Shown here: piece by piece, positions 41,161 to 53,557 of the stretch | Position numbering within the stretch: the stretch's first letter is position 1 | Layout: each line of letters begins with the position of its first letter | Assembly (NCBI GenBank): GCA_000004695.1 | Contig: CM000152.2 | Coordinates: 2,112,001-2,176,000 of the forward strand | Reading direction: 5' to 3' | Origin: Dictyostelium discoideum | Taxonomy: Eukaryota | DNA length: 64,000 nucleotides | The notes under the pieces: generated by a model | Told to the model about the DNA's origin: nothing | The model's input: only the letters and a program-made list of their open reading frames with translations | Database searches by the model: none | Position numbers and translations under genes: made by a program

Positions 41161-41439
41161 ATTATTTTATATGGTGATTTTGTGTGTGGATCTAACCCTA
41201 TCGGCCGAGGTTGGAGTAGTTAACAGATTTGGGTTCGCTCAAAGCTAAGGACTATAAAAGGAAAACTAGGTTTCTAATTCAACCTCAGTAATAAATATAT
41301 ACAAATAATAAAAACACGATAGGGCTACGGTCATTAATTAATTTTGCGTACATTTATTTCTTAAATAATTAATCATTTACTTTAATAATAATAGAATAAA
41401 TAAATAATCAAATTTTATTAAATAATTTATTTTAAGAGA

Positions 41440-41814
41440 ATGTCAACTAATAATAACGAAGATATTGATAATGATGAATTGCAACAGGATAATGAGGAAC
41501 AACAACAACCACAGGTATCAACATTCAGTGAACAGCAACGTCAGATAAGGGAACAGCAGCAGGTAAAAGATAAACAAAATCAACTTCTTCAACAACACAT
41601 TCAATTAATAAATCAACAATCTCAACAACAATTAAATAATCATTCGACACCACCATCATCACCCAACATTACAACACCAATAACTTCAGCAGCAATAACC
41701 AACACAATAAAGAAATCATTAGGAAAAATTAACACTGATGATACCGACCACCAGTTGTTACACCATTCAAAGTATTCTTGGTTAAATCAAAGATTTGGGT
41801 ATAGTCTATATTAA
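41440..41814 (+). other. Q-rich 124-aa ORF preceded by a TATA-like 'ggactataaaagg' (about 41245). Possible fragment of a second repeat element; not assignable
   Basis: ORF MSTNNNEDIDNDELQQDNEEQQQPQVSTFSEQQRQIREQQQ... . Codon usage is less AT-biased than in host genes. Upstream there is GC-normal sequence with 'cgatagggctacggtc'. Confidence 0.25.
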
Positions 41815-42221
41815 CCTCATGACTTCTTCATATTTGGTGAGATTTTTGATGTGATTCTGTTTGGAAATTTATTGTTGGGTCTAACTCTTTATTGGGTCCA
41901 ATGTTTTCTGCGAACTGTTTCAATGGATATGAAAGTTTTTCAATATGTGAGGTTGTATAAATTCTAATTTTTTCTTTTTTTTTTTTTTTTTTTGAATATT
42001 GGATTAACAAGATTGATATATGTCCATCTGTGTTAATACGAGTTTTTATTTAATATTTATTTATAGGCTTATCATTTAAGCTGAAGGGTTATTTTAATCA
42101 TATGAATTGATCAAAAGATATAATATTTGGGAGAGATGATTCTGGAATACAATAGTAATTAGCTGTTGTTTTTCTTAGCTTGATCGTTGAGGTGAGAAGG
42201 ATCTTAGGATCTTTGAAGTTA

Positions 42222-43037
42222 TTATGGTCTTTTGCTGATAGAGTTATGGTTGGATGACAGCTCCCTTGAATAATCGTTAAGTAGGAAGTCTATTTTCTTA
42301 AGCATTATGCTTGAGAGGATTGAGGATTTTTTTAATCTCCATCTGCGCTTGTTCATCTGTATGTTGGGTAGAGTGAAAGTGGTTGATAGGAAGTTGTGAT
42401 CTGATAGAGGTATGTCGTTAATTTTTGGGGGGATTAGGTTCCTTAAGTATAATTGGCTGTAGTTGATTAAGCTATTGTTAAGGTATATTCTGTCTAGTCT
42501 CCTTTCCAAGATTCTTGTGAGGTTATGTATCGTTCTTGAGAAGGTGGGTCTTTTATTTAGTTGGTCCATATCCATTAGGTTATTTGAAATTCTGATGGCT
42601 TCGATTACTGTGGCCATCTCATCTGGGGATTGTGTTGTCAAGTTGCCTTGGTCATCATTTGATGTGTGATTGTCATTGAAGTCTAAACAGTTGAAGTCGC
42701 CTGCTATGATGTCGATGTTTTTATTAGGGTTAGACGTTAGGTTGTGGTATTGGTTGTTGAAGTGTTTGTTTAGTGTTGAAGCTAGTGTTTTTCTTTTATC
42801 AGGTTGGGCCGGGGCGTATATGGCCAAGATTCTCGTTGTGGTATCTTTTATTAGAATGTCTGATATTATTAGTCTACCTTCTATTATGAATATTGGTGAG
42901 AGTTTTATGTTTTGGTTGTTGTGGTTTAGTATTCCTATTCCGTTGCCTCTGTTGGTTGCGCTAATGATGGAGCCAGGAAATAGCTGGTGTGCTTGTGTTG
43001 CGTCGGCGTTGAGTTCATTGACTATGGTTAGTGCCAA
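42222..43037 (-). pseudogene. Retrotransposon ORF2 fragment: apurinic-like endonuclease (EEP) domain only, with the reverse transcriptase missing
   Basis: ..ILAIYAPAQPDKRKTL..IDIIAGDFNCLDF..RPTFSR...RLDRIY..IPLSDHNFL.. shows the L1-type APE endonuclease motifs (GDFN, SDH). The ORF stops after about 270 aa. Confidence 0.55.
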
Positions 43038-43141
43038 TGAGTTTGGGGGGGATTGGGATTTGATAAAGTCTGTTTTGTTTTTGAAGGAGGTGTCAGTGCC
43101 CCAACCTCTGACATTCTATTGGTTGATTTTGATTACTACTA

Positions 43142-44392
43142 TTATGAGATGATATCGATCTCCTCTTGGGAGTCGTATAGCTGCGGTTTGGATGGTGAAG
43201 GGTAGATACTCTCTATGAAGCTCTCAATGATTCCTTTCCTTTCTTTTTTGACAGGTGTCTTATGGGTGGATGGGATGTAAGGGTTGCTTCTGTTTATTGT
43301 TGGTGAGAGTTGGTTGACTTCATTGTTTGAGTGGATTTCCTCGTTCTTGCGTTTATGTGATGGAGGGATGTTTAGTGTCTTCTCTCTGTTTTCCGAGGAT
43401 GAATGGATGTTAGTGCTCGTTTTGTTGGCATTGTCTTTTTGGATGGCGTTGGATGTTGTGGTAGTGGTTGTGGTGGGTTTGACAGATTGAGATTCTGCTG
43501 GGTTTTTGGGGGGAAGAGGTAGAGATGACTTTTTTGCTTGGGCTTTTTTCTCTTGGGTTGATTGTTTATCAGACTGATTGTTTGCTGGGTTGTTTGTTTG
43601 TTGTTGTGGTTTTGGTTGAGAGGATTTGATTGCTATCCTGTTTTGGGTGTTAGGAGGATCTGTCATCTCATCTTCTGATGGTTCCTCCGTGTTGTTTGTC
43701 TCTACTTTCTTGTTTTTCTTTTGGGAGGAGTAGGTTTTGGTGGCCGTTCTGATGGTAAAGTTTGCGATTTCTGTAATGTGTTGGCCAGATTTCATTTGAT
43801 CGCCTATTTGGCATTCTATTAGACCGAATACTATGAGGTGGTCGGTGGAGTATGGAGTATTGTATATTGCATAGGGTATTTCTTCTGCAAAGGCAGTTTT
43901 GATGAGGGCGTCCACTATTCCTGCCTTTTCTCTGGGAATTCTTACTCTTCCTGTGAGGACGTGGAAGTCTCTACTGGAGGTGATGAAGGTTCCCAATTTG
44001 CTTCTATCTCTAATGATATTTAGGAGAGATTGTTCGTTTTTAATCATCAGGTGGATCGTTTTTCTAGTTCCTTTGCCTATGTATATCTTGTCGATTGGGA
44101 TATCGTAGTTTGAGAGTGTTTTTCTCATTTCTTCTAACCCCTTGAGATCCATTTTGGGGAATTCGAGTGTAATTGGGTAGAATCCGTTGTTCTTCTCGTA
44201 GGTTGAGAGCGCAGTCATGTTCAATATGGTCTCGCAGTATTTGGAGATGTCTTTGAGGCCTATTGATAGTTTGGGGTAGGTCTCCTTTATCTCTGCTGTT
44301 TTTGTGGAGAATTCCTTAATGAAGTTCTCCGATGCCTCGTCCATATGGGTGGAGGGTTTGGCCATTTTAGCCGCGTCTGCGTAGGAATTCAT
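43142..44392 (-). CDS. Retrotransposon ORF1 protein, 416 aa
   Basis: ATG-initiated ORF MNSYADAAKMAKPSTHMDEASENFIKEF... with a basic/PQ-rich C-terminus. Codon usage is non-host-like (ccc/ctc/gac). Confidence 0.6.
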   Translation of the reverse strand: MNSYADAAKMAKPSTHMDEASENFIKEFSTKTAEIKETYPKLSIGLKDISKYCETILNMTALSTYEKNNGFYPITLEFPKMDLKGLEEMRKTLSNYDIPIDKIYIGKGTRKTIHLMIKNEQSLLNIIRDRSKLGTFITSSRDFHVLTGRVRIPREKAGIVDALIKTAFAEEIPYAIYNTPYSTDHLIVFGLIECQIGDQMKSGQHITEIANFTIRTATKTYSSQKKNKKVETNNTEEPSEDEMTDPPNTQNRIAIKSSQPKPQQQTNNPANNQSDKQSTQEKKAQAKKSSLPLPPKNPAESQSVKPTTTTTTTSNAIQKDNANKTSTNIHSSSENREKTLNIPPSHKRKNEEIHSNNEVNQLSPTINRSNPYIPSTHKTPVKKERKGIIESFIESIYPSPSKPQLYDSQEEIDIIS

Positions 44393-44611
44393 CTCGATGA
44401 GATTCCTTTGAATCGGCGATTTGGTAAGTTAGATCTGTAGATCGTGGTGGATTGGTGATTTTTTTTTGAAAGATTGTTTAAAATTGACCGAGATTAAGGA
44501 TAGAAAAGGATGAATTACTTTTCACGTGTATCTTGTATCCTCTTGATCGCGGTACGAAAATTCCTAATTTTTTCTTACAATTTCAACCAATTTTAAACTG
44601 TCACCCTAAGT

Positions 44612-44624
44612 GGGATTCGAACCC
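44612..44624 (-). promoter_or_regulatory. External B box (ex-B, gggattcgaaccc, which is GGGTTCGAATCCC on the tRNA strand) about 30 bp downstream of tRNA-Glu
   Basis: A perfect B-box consensus without the rest of a tRNA; the flanks do not fold into a T-stem. This is a known feature of Dictyostelium tRNA loci. Confidence 0.5.
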
Positions 44625-44653
44625 TTAATCTAATTTTGGTCGGAATAAAAACC

Positions 44654-44725
44654 CTCCCCATTCGGGAATCGAACCCGAGGTACCAGTGTGAAAGACTAGA
44701 GTGTTACCGACTACACCAATGAGGA
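44654..44725 (-). tRNA. tRNA-Glu (anticodon UUC), 72 nt
   Basis: Minus-strand sequence TCCTCATTGGTGTAGTCGGTAACACTCTAGTCTTTCACACTGGTACCTCGGGTTCGATTCCCGAATGGGGAG folds by hand as follows. A 7-bp acceptor stem with one G-U pair. A D-arm GTGT/ACAC with a GG loop. Anticodon stem CTAGT/ACTGG with loop CTTTCAC. T-arm TCGGG-TTCGATT-CCCGA. Confidence 0.8.
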
Positions 44726-45077
44726 ATTGGATGAAATTTCAATTTTTTTAGTAAAAAATATTTATAAAAAAAAAATTTATATGGAAAATAAAATACCATT
44801 AAAACAAAAACCACAAAAAACAACAAAGCCAACAAAAAAATAAACAACAAAAACCAACAACATCCTAAGGCTGTTTAAAAACTAGGCCCTCTATTAACAA
44901 AACCATAAATAAAATGACAACAAGTAGAATCAACAAACAATTGCATTAACCAATTCAAAAAAAAAAAATTCCAAAAATAAAATATTTCAAAATTACAATT
45001 ACAATTTTAAAATATACTAATTTGATAAAATATTTTATTTAAAAATAAAATCTATTAAATTTATGGTTTTAGGAAAA

Positions 45078-46745
45078 TTAATAATGAATGAATGATAATG
45101 CAATACCAATGAAGAACAATGAAATAAAATTAAAAGACTTTAAATAAGAGGAATCACTAGTTGAACCATCAGTAGTACTTGAAGAAGAAACAGTAAATGG
45201 TTGTTTACCAGTAGTTGAACCTCCAGTAGCAGAGCCACCGGTTGTACTTGATTGAGAGGATGATGTAGGGAATGATGTTGTACCAGTACTGGTACCATCA
45301 GCATTACCACAAAAGTTTGGAATATTACATTTGTTACAAGTGACTGATATTTGAGAAGTTGTACCCATAAAACTAATACCACTAATATTAACAAAACTTG
45401 ATGAACAAGATATTGCTGGTGGACCACTCATTAAACCAATGGTATTATTTGTAATGAAAACATTTGAACCTTGAGTATTAACCAAATATCCATCACATTG
45501 AGTACTTGAATTCAATGATGATATAGTAGATGTTTGGATGGTTAAAGTTGAATTAACAATATAAACTAAACCACCACTATTAAAAGCAGAATTTGATTGG
45601 ATAAACTTTGAATTACTAAAATTCAATGGAGTATTAATTGAATAAACTACACCACCACTATTTGATGCATAACTTCCACTAAAACTACAATTATTAATAT
45701 TACTAAGTGTTGGTTGGAATTGTCCAATATTTGATGCATATATTGAGCCACCATTTTTGGAATAACAATAGTTAAATTGACAATTTTGAAAACTAAAATA
45801 ATTACTATCAGTTGTAGTTAATGATGTCAATATACTTCCAGATACTGATGATTCACAATTTGAGAAACCTGTACCATATGATTTAAATGTTGTATCTTGA
45901 ATTTTAAATACACCATATTGAGTTGCAACAGATCCAAAATTACTATATGAAAGAGTAATGAAACTATTAATTGATGATATAAAACTTTGAGCCGATATAT
46001 TGGAAGTTGTTAAACCTTGTAAAGTGATTGTAGTTGCCGATATAGAAATTACTGGGAAACTATTATTAATTCCACTAGATCCTGTGAAATATGAATTTGT
46101 AATTGATATACTAGCTGGATAAGTTTTAGTTACATTTGACCAAACATTAATCAATGACACATTTTGAATATTTGTTGAGAAATTACTAAAATTACAACCC
46201 TCAAATTCAATACTTGCAACTGATAAGTTTACAATTACATTAATGATTGGTGATGTACAATCTTGGAATGTAATATCATAAATTGATACACCAGTTGTAA
46301 TACCATTACCACTACCAACAACAACATTATTAATACTTTCATCTACATTAATCAATGGTAAATTATTTTTATTTCCACCTTTAACAATTACATTGGTTGA
46401 ACCTTGAGTAAATGATGCAATTCCAATGGTTTTACCAAATACTTGAATACTATTATTTGAGAAATCATAAATACCATCAACTAATAAAAATCCAACTTGA
46501 CTTACATCTCCAGAAAGTGTATTTGCATAATTTAATGCATCAGCCATATTATTACATGAAAATGAAATATTACCTCCACATTCTCCACCAACTGGATAAA
46601 TATTAAATTTATTTGAATCAACTATTAAATTTAATAAAGAATTATTGGTATCGTAAATATTATCTTTATTTGATTTTACTTTAATGCAAAAACAAAAATT
46701 AATAAATAAAAATGATATTAAAAGAGTATTTATTAATTTATTCAT
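45078..46745 (-). CDS. Secreted, probably GPI-anchored, parallel beta-helix (pectin-lyase-fold-like) repeat protein, single exon, 555 aa
   Basis: Signal peptide MNKLINTLLISFLFINFCFC. Repetitive G/N/S/T/V/I-rich ~22-aa turns typical of right-handed beta-helices (..CNFSNFS.., ..ISNCS..). A Ser/Thr-rich stalk and a hydrophobic C-terminus FNFISLFFIGIALSFIHY. Confidence 0.6.
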   Translation of the reverse strand: MNKLINTLLISFLFINFCFCIKVKSNKDNIYDTNNSLLNLIVDSNKFNIYPVGGECGGNISFSCNNMADALNYANTLSGDVSQVGFLLVDGIYDFSNNSIQVFGKTIGIASFTQGSTNVIVKGGNKNNLPLINVDESINNVVVGSGNGITTGVSIYDITFQDCTSPIINVIVNLSVASIEFEGCNFSNFSTNIQNVSLINVWSNVTKTYPASISITNSYFTGSSGINNSFPVISISATTITLQGLTTSNISAQSFISSINSFITLSYSNFGSVATQYGVFKIQDTTFKSYGTGFSNCESSVSGSILTSLTTTDSNYFSFQNCQFNYCYSKNGGSIYASNIGQFQPTLSNINNCSFSGSYASNSGGVVYSINTPLNFSNSKFIQSNSAFNSGGLVYIVNSTLTIQTSTISSLNSSTQCDGYLVNTQGSNVFITNNTIGLMSGPPAISCSSSFVNISGISFMGTTSQISVTCNKCNIPNFCGNADGTSTGTTSFPTSSSQSSTTGGSATGGSTTGKQPFTVSSSSTTDGSTSDSSYLKSFNFISLFFIGIALSFIHY

Positions 46746-47312
46746 TTTTATGTTTAGTAAAAAAAAAAAGTAGGGCGCTTATAGAAAAATAAAAAATCAA
46801 AAAAAAAAAAAGTAGGACATTTATAAAAATAAAAAATCAAAAAAATCAAAAAAAAAAAATATCCTGGTTTGAAAGAATGGGTTTAATATTCTTTGGAATA
46901 TTAAATTATACCAATAACTTATTTTCTAAGTAAAAAAAAAAAAAATTTCTGCTCAGAATATCAACACAGAATACGTTAAAAATGTTAATTTTTGGCTTTT
47001 TTAAACATAAAAATTTTAAAACTTATTTTTACCACATTTAGATTTTTTTTTCTTTAAAAATTAGGATAATTGAACTTTTTACATATTACTTTTTTTTAAT
47101 CAATAATTTACAAACCTTTTATTTGCTAAAAAAAATTTTTCTTTTTTTTTTTTTTACTAAAAATTATCTAACACGAAATTATTATAAGATTATTTTTTTT
47201 TTATTTTTTTTTTTTGCGGGTTGAAATTATTTATTTTGAAATTAAAAATAAATTTCAAAAAAACGAGACTTAAGGTTACGTTTTTTCGTTTTTTTTTTTT
47301 TTTTTTAAATTT

Positions 47313-47359
<47 letters not shown>

Positions 47360-47482
47360 AAAATTTTTGGCTATAAAACAATTTTTTTTTTTTTTTTTAT
47401 AATCACAACACTTTCGTTTTAATAAAAATATTTTATTGGTATGTAATTAAACTGTCAAAAAAAAAAAATTAAAAAAAAAAAA

Positions 47483-47598
47483 TATGCGTATAATATTTTA
47501 GATGATGAATATTTTTGATTCGTGTTTCTGATTACACCCTGATTATAAATGAGCCTTTGGCTCTTGGCTGATTTAAAATATTATACGCGTATAAAAAA
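47483..47598. repeat. Inverted repeat 'gcgtataatatttta' (15-18 bp) flanking a 75-bp GC-containing spacer
   Basis: aaaatatgcgtataatattttag ... taaaatattatacgcgtataaaa; a GC-containing IR is unusual in this AT-rich intergenic DNA. Confidence 0.5.
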
Positions 47599-47835
47599 TA
47601 AATAATAATAATATATTTTTTTAAATAACTTACTAATTATTATTTTATTTTTTTAAAAAACAACAGATTTTCCTGAATTCCTTTTATTGTCCCTTGTTCC
47701 TTTTTTATTATTATTGCTATTACTATGAAAATACTAAATAAAGATAATTTTAATTTAATCAAAAAATTCTATTATGTGTTTTTTATTTTTTTATTTTAAC
47801 ATTTAAAAATTTTTTTTTTCTTTTTTATTTTTTTT

Positions 47836-48539
47836 TTAAAAGTTTCTCTTTACCCAATCACCATGTGCTATAATTGTTTCTCTATTACAATCTTCTCTAT
47901 GGTAAATGTAACAATATGTATGGTCATTTTGAGTTTGGTTACCATCAACAACTCCATCCTTGTTGGCATCACCACCATCTTCATTTAAATGTTTCACCTT
48001 AATGATTGATCTTTTATAAATTTCAGGATACTCTTCAATTATATCAGCCTCTTTCAATTTCTCTTCAAATAATTTTTCAATGTCATTTGTGTCGCTCAAT
48101 AAAGTTTCGTCAATAGTTGCCAAATATCCAACAATACCATTACACTGATTATCATTATATAGGTTCATAAGGGTTTCATCAAATTTCTTAATTGAAGGGT
48201 TACTCTCATCTGAATGGTAATGGTCATTATCACTATATAATAAAGATACTGTAGGAAACTCATCAAAAAATAAAATTCCATCCCTAAAATGTGCTTTTTT
48301 AAATTTTAACCCTTTTACAAAATCTTTTGTCCATGGTGCTTGACTTATTATATATTTATTTTAACAATAATAATAATAATAAATTAAAATTATATTGTTA
48401 GTAAGTAATTAATTAACATATATATAAAATTTTATATTGTTAAATAAAAAACCTCTTACCTATTATCATCAGGTCTTAATGTACCATAAACAAAAAAGCT
48501 TGTTATTTTTACAGTTTTAGTAGTTCCTTTTTTTATCAT
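47836..48539 (-). CDS. AIG2-like / gamma-glutamylcyclotransferase-like protein; exons 48539-48460 and 48343-47836
   Basis: N-terminus MIKKGTTKTVKITSFFVYGTLRPDDN has the AIG2/GGCT signature (FVYGTL.). The donor GTAAGA and the acceptor ataag join in phase 2+1. The C-terminal part (..APWTKDFVKG..HGDWVKRNF) is not recognised. Confidence 0.45.
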
Positions 48540-48564
48540 TTTTTTTTTTTGTTTTTTCTTAAAA

Positions 48565-48610
<46 letters not shown>

Positions 48611-48864
48611 GTTTGTGTGTTTGTATGTTTGAAAATTTTTTATTTTTTTTTTTTTTATTTTTTAACTTTTTTTCCCTCCTCTTTTTTTTTTTTTTTTTAT
48701 TTTATTTTATTTTTTTTTTTTTTATTTTTTTTTTTTTTTACTTTTCATTTTTCATTTTAAACATTACACATAAGTTCAAGTTTAAAAAAAAAAAAAAAAA
48801 GATATAAAAAAAAAAAAAAAAAAAAAAAAAAGAATAACATTCAAAAAAAAAAAAAAAAAAACCG

Positions 48865-50796
48865 ATGAAGAGAAAGGAAGATATTGGGAGAGTTCCAATA
48901 AATAATAATGATCCAATACTTTCTCAATCATTATTAATGAATAATAGTAGTATAATGATGAATAGTAGTAGTATAATGATGAATAATAGTAATTTTGCAT
49001 TTAATAATACAATAAATAATAATAATAGTATGATGATGAATAGGACAATTAATTCATTGGCATCAAGTGTAATTATTCCTTCAAATACAGAAAAAAGGGA
49101 TTACCTTTCAGAAATTATAAAGTTTTTAATATGTCATGAAGAAGGTCATTTCAATAATATTGCAGAATCATTTAATATGAGTACAATGTTAAATAAAACT
49201 ATAAATAATAATAATAATAATAATCACAAAAATAGTAACAATAGCGCAGGAAGTACATCAACATCACCAATATTAAATAGTAGTTTATTAAATTTAAATG
49301 TTAGTAATATTGCATTAAACACAACATGTACTACAAATATATCACCAACTTTATCTTCACCAACTACATCGACAACTACATCAACACCATCAACAACTGC
49401 ATCAACAGCTACATCATCATCATCATCATCATTAAAAGGAAAAACCAATAAAATATTCGACTCATTTAGTTTTTCAATTGGTGAAAAGTTATGGTTAATA
49501 CATGTTATCGATTCAATTCATAATAATTTAAATGGTATTGTTGAACCACATGGTGATATATATAAAGTTATTTATAATTTAATTAGATTTATATTAGATA
49601 ATGATACATTTTTAAATAATGGCAGGAAAAATTCAAGTAATACTAATAAAAATGTTGATCAACAACAACAACAACAACAACAACAACAAAATAAAAGAAT
49701 TAAATACAGTAATAGTAATAATCAATTTGAAAGATTACCAGTTACATCTAGTATACAATCAATTCAAGATGTATTAAGTAGAGATAGAAATCAAACATCT
49801 AAATCATCTTTAAAGGATCAAGATAATCAAATTTTAAGAATTTTAATTGGAAAGGTTGGTTCAATTCAATCTAATAATGCAAATACAAGTCACATACTTA
49901 CATTACAAGATTCAACGGGTGAAATTGTTATTGAAATTTGTGAAACTAAATTTTATTTATTGGATACCATTGTATTCATACCATTTTTTAATGTTATTTG
50001 TCCATCAAATTTTAGTAATACTTATGGTAGCAGTGGTAGTGGTGGTGGCAGTGGTAATAGTTTAATAAGTAGAGCATCTATTAACAATAGTATGTTAATG
50101 TCAACATCAATAAGATCATCATTAGGAAATTATAGTATAATATCAGGTATTGGTAATACAAGAATCGATCTATCGAAATTGAATTACCTTGAAATTGAAA
50201 TCATTTATATCATTCATAGATATAGTGATCATTATTATGAACAAATGATCAACTATTTCAAAGAGTCATTAGAGAGACAAAATCAAAAAGTACCATCTTA
50301 TGAACTCTCTTCATCACGTAATCAAAGATTAGAAAATTTCATCATTGATCAATATTCACCATTCACTCCAATTACGAAATTGAATCAATTGGATAATCCT
50401 CAAATTGAATCAATTAATATCTATGGCATCATTTTATCAAAATCTGCAATTTTACATACTAGACCATCAATGAAAGAATCTCAAAAAGATACTATGTTTT
50501 TCGTTAGAATCAAAGATATTGGTGGTATTAGTAGTGGTGGTAGTGGTGGTAGTGGTAGTGGTAATAAAGAAGAATCATCAATGGGTAATTGTGAAATATT
50601 TTTAATATTTTTTGAAGAAAGTTTAAGATGGTTTCATTTATTATCAGTTGGTAGTAAATTTATATTTACAGATGTAATGTGTCAAAATTCATTATCGAAT
50701 TCTGAATCAAAAAAGAATATAATTATAATTAAACCAACAACAAATATTTATAGTATATTGGATGAATCATTCAATCATTTAGAGAAGATCACTTAC

Positions 50797-50856
<60 letters not shown>

Positions 50857-53012
50857 CCAATTAATTGTTCATCAAGAGTTTTAGATTATAATAGTGAAAT
50901 CATTAAAGAATTAAATTACAATTCTTGCTCAACAATCTATGGTAATGGTTCAATCAATTGTATAGTTACAATCACTGAGGAGATGAATACGAAATTGGGA
51001 ACTATTGGAATCGATGCAAATAAGGGTAAATTATTCATTTCACATTATCGTTCTCATTTATTCCATGGTAGAGGTTTAAGAGTTGGTACAAAGATTGCAT
51101 TATTCGATGTTCATCCAATCTATAACCCCAATGGTAATGGTAAATTAATTGGTTTAGGAATGTGTACTTCAAGTAGTTTTAAATTTTTAAAATTTGATAC
51201 AACTTCTTTATTAACTCATATTCCATTCTCAAAAGATACTTTAATTGATACATCATCTATAAATAATAATAATAATAATAATAATAATAGTAATAATAAT
51301 AATAATAATAAAAATAATAATAGTAATAATAATTATATTAATGGAGAACAACCTTCATTTAGTGAACTTTGGAGAAAATATTCAATTGTAAATTCATATA
51401 TTTTATCAATTTTACTATTAAAACTTGAAAGAAAATTTCCAAACGTTTTTCAATCATTTGAATCATTTAAATTTAATTTCTCTGGTAAACCACTTTATGA
51501 ACATATAGCAAAATTATTTAATATTCCAAAAATGATTGATGATGGTTTTAGTGGTTATGATAATATTTTATGTCATAATATTAAATGTTCATTAAATTAT
51601 AATAATAATAATAATAATAGTGATAACAAGGGATTAAACTCAACACCAATTTTACCGACATTAATAAAACTATCACAATTATCAAATTTAAAATCAGATA
51701 GATACTCAAGTAAATTTGATTACTCTAAAAAGTATTCATTAATTGGTCAATTGGAATTAAGTCCACAAGGTTTTGAATGGGGTAAAATTTCATTAACAGA
51801 CTCAAATTCAACAGTGGATTGTTTTATTACAGATGTAAATGAATATCATTTAAATAAAATTTGGAAAATTAATAGTTTTCAAGTGAACTTTGAAGAATAT
51901 CAAGAAACATCACAAGATAAAATTAAAACTATAAATTATTTACAATTTTCAATGAAAGATTGTGAATTATTATCACCAATAATTAATAATTTTAATAATT
52001 CAAATTTACCATTTCAAAATTTATTTAATCAATCTCAAATTAATATAATTCAATATTTTAAAAATAATAATAATAATAGTAATAATAATGCAACAACTCA
52101 ACAAACCATATCTACAACTACACATAACATATTTATATTATTGTTAGAGAAAATCGTTGAGTTAGGATTAATTACTTTAAATGCAATACTATTAATACCA
52201 TCATTACCAAAGATTAGTATTCATACTACTTCATCTTTAAAAGTTAATTTCCCAATTTTACAAGTTGGTCATTGTTATTATCTTAGTGGTGTATCATTTA
52301 AACCTTCAACAAATGATAATAGTAATAATAACAGCAATGAAAATGATACTCCAATATGTTCATCTTCTTTATCTAAACCGATTAAAGATTATGATTTTAT
52401 TTTAACAACAAATTGTATGTATTGATTATTATTATTATTTATTATTTATTATTTATTATTTTTTTGAAAACAAATTTACTAATTAATAATTTCATTAAAG
52501 CAATTTTAAAAAGTATTGCATTAGTTCATTATGTTGAAGAGAATAAATTAATTTTATTCCCAACAGTTTTGAAAGCTAAAACAGTTAATCATTTAGGTAT
52601 ACCATTAGTAACAATAAGTGATAAAAGCTATTTTAAGAATATTTCAAAGATTGATACCACTGGTAAATTCATTCAAACCAAATCTATCGAGCAAATTCAT
52701 CAAGGTCAAGGTGTTGATCAATGCGATTTCGTTTCATTTAGAGGTTTAATAGTTTCAAAAAGAATTGAAAAATTACAAAATACAATTATATTATCTTCAA
52801 CATTACCAAAAGATAAAACAACCACAACAACCACCACCACCACACCAAATGTTAAAATTAATGAAACTATAGTTTTACATTTAACATGTACTGATCCGAA
52901 TAGTCCTGGTAAACATTTAATTCCAATTTCAATTGAAAACTTTTATTGTGGTTTAACAGTTGGCTCTGTTATTGACTTTTATTTTTTACAATGTAAATCA
53001 GTTTGGTCTTTA

Positions 53013-53062
<50 letters not shown>

Positions 53063-53503
53063 AAATCCTGAGAAATCAAAAATATTATGTCATTCAAATA
53101 GATTTTTTTATTATAAAATTGTTGATCAAGAAATGGATATAAATTTATTCGATTTTATTGATAACTCAAACTTATCAAATATTAATAAAAGTTCATTGGA
53201 TCAATATTATAGAGTTTTGGCAGATATCGTATCAATAGTGAAATTGGATTTATCTTACAAGTGCAATAAATGTAATCAAATCATTAAAAATTCATATTCA
53301 TCATCATTAGTCTCAACTGGTAATGTGTGTAGTTGTAAAAATCCTCAAGATTTCATTTTTAATGGTTCTTTAGAATGTGAATTATCTGATGGTACTACCT
53401 TAAAAAAATTATTAATTAAAAGAGAACCAATAATTTCAACAATTTTAGGATTATCTTTAGAGTATGTATTTTAATATATTAATTTTAAAATATATATATA
53501 ATA

Positions 53504-53557
<54 letters not shown>

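Larger units (their letters stand above)
41975..44560 (-). mobile_element. TRE3-type tRNA-gene-targeted non-LTR retrotransposon, internally deleted: ORF1, then the APE domain of ORF2, then an oligo(A) tail. Its 5' end lies about 100 bp downstream of tRNA-Glu
   Basis: Minus-strand ORF1 (43142-44392) and an ORF2 N-terminal endonuclease (42222-43037), both with GC-richer codon usage. A poly(T)21 run at 41975-41995 is an oligo(A) tail on the minus strand. The element sits downstream of a tRNA gene in the same orientation, as described for TRE3 elements; boundaries are approximate. Confidence 0.6.

Noticed and set aside
42463-44108. Plus-strand ORFs 42463-42669, 42670-43152, 43284-43490 and 43838-44108
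   Set aside because: They are antisense to the retrotransposon ORF1/ORF2. They are hydrophobic and W/L/V-rich, an artefact of the GC-richer element
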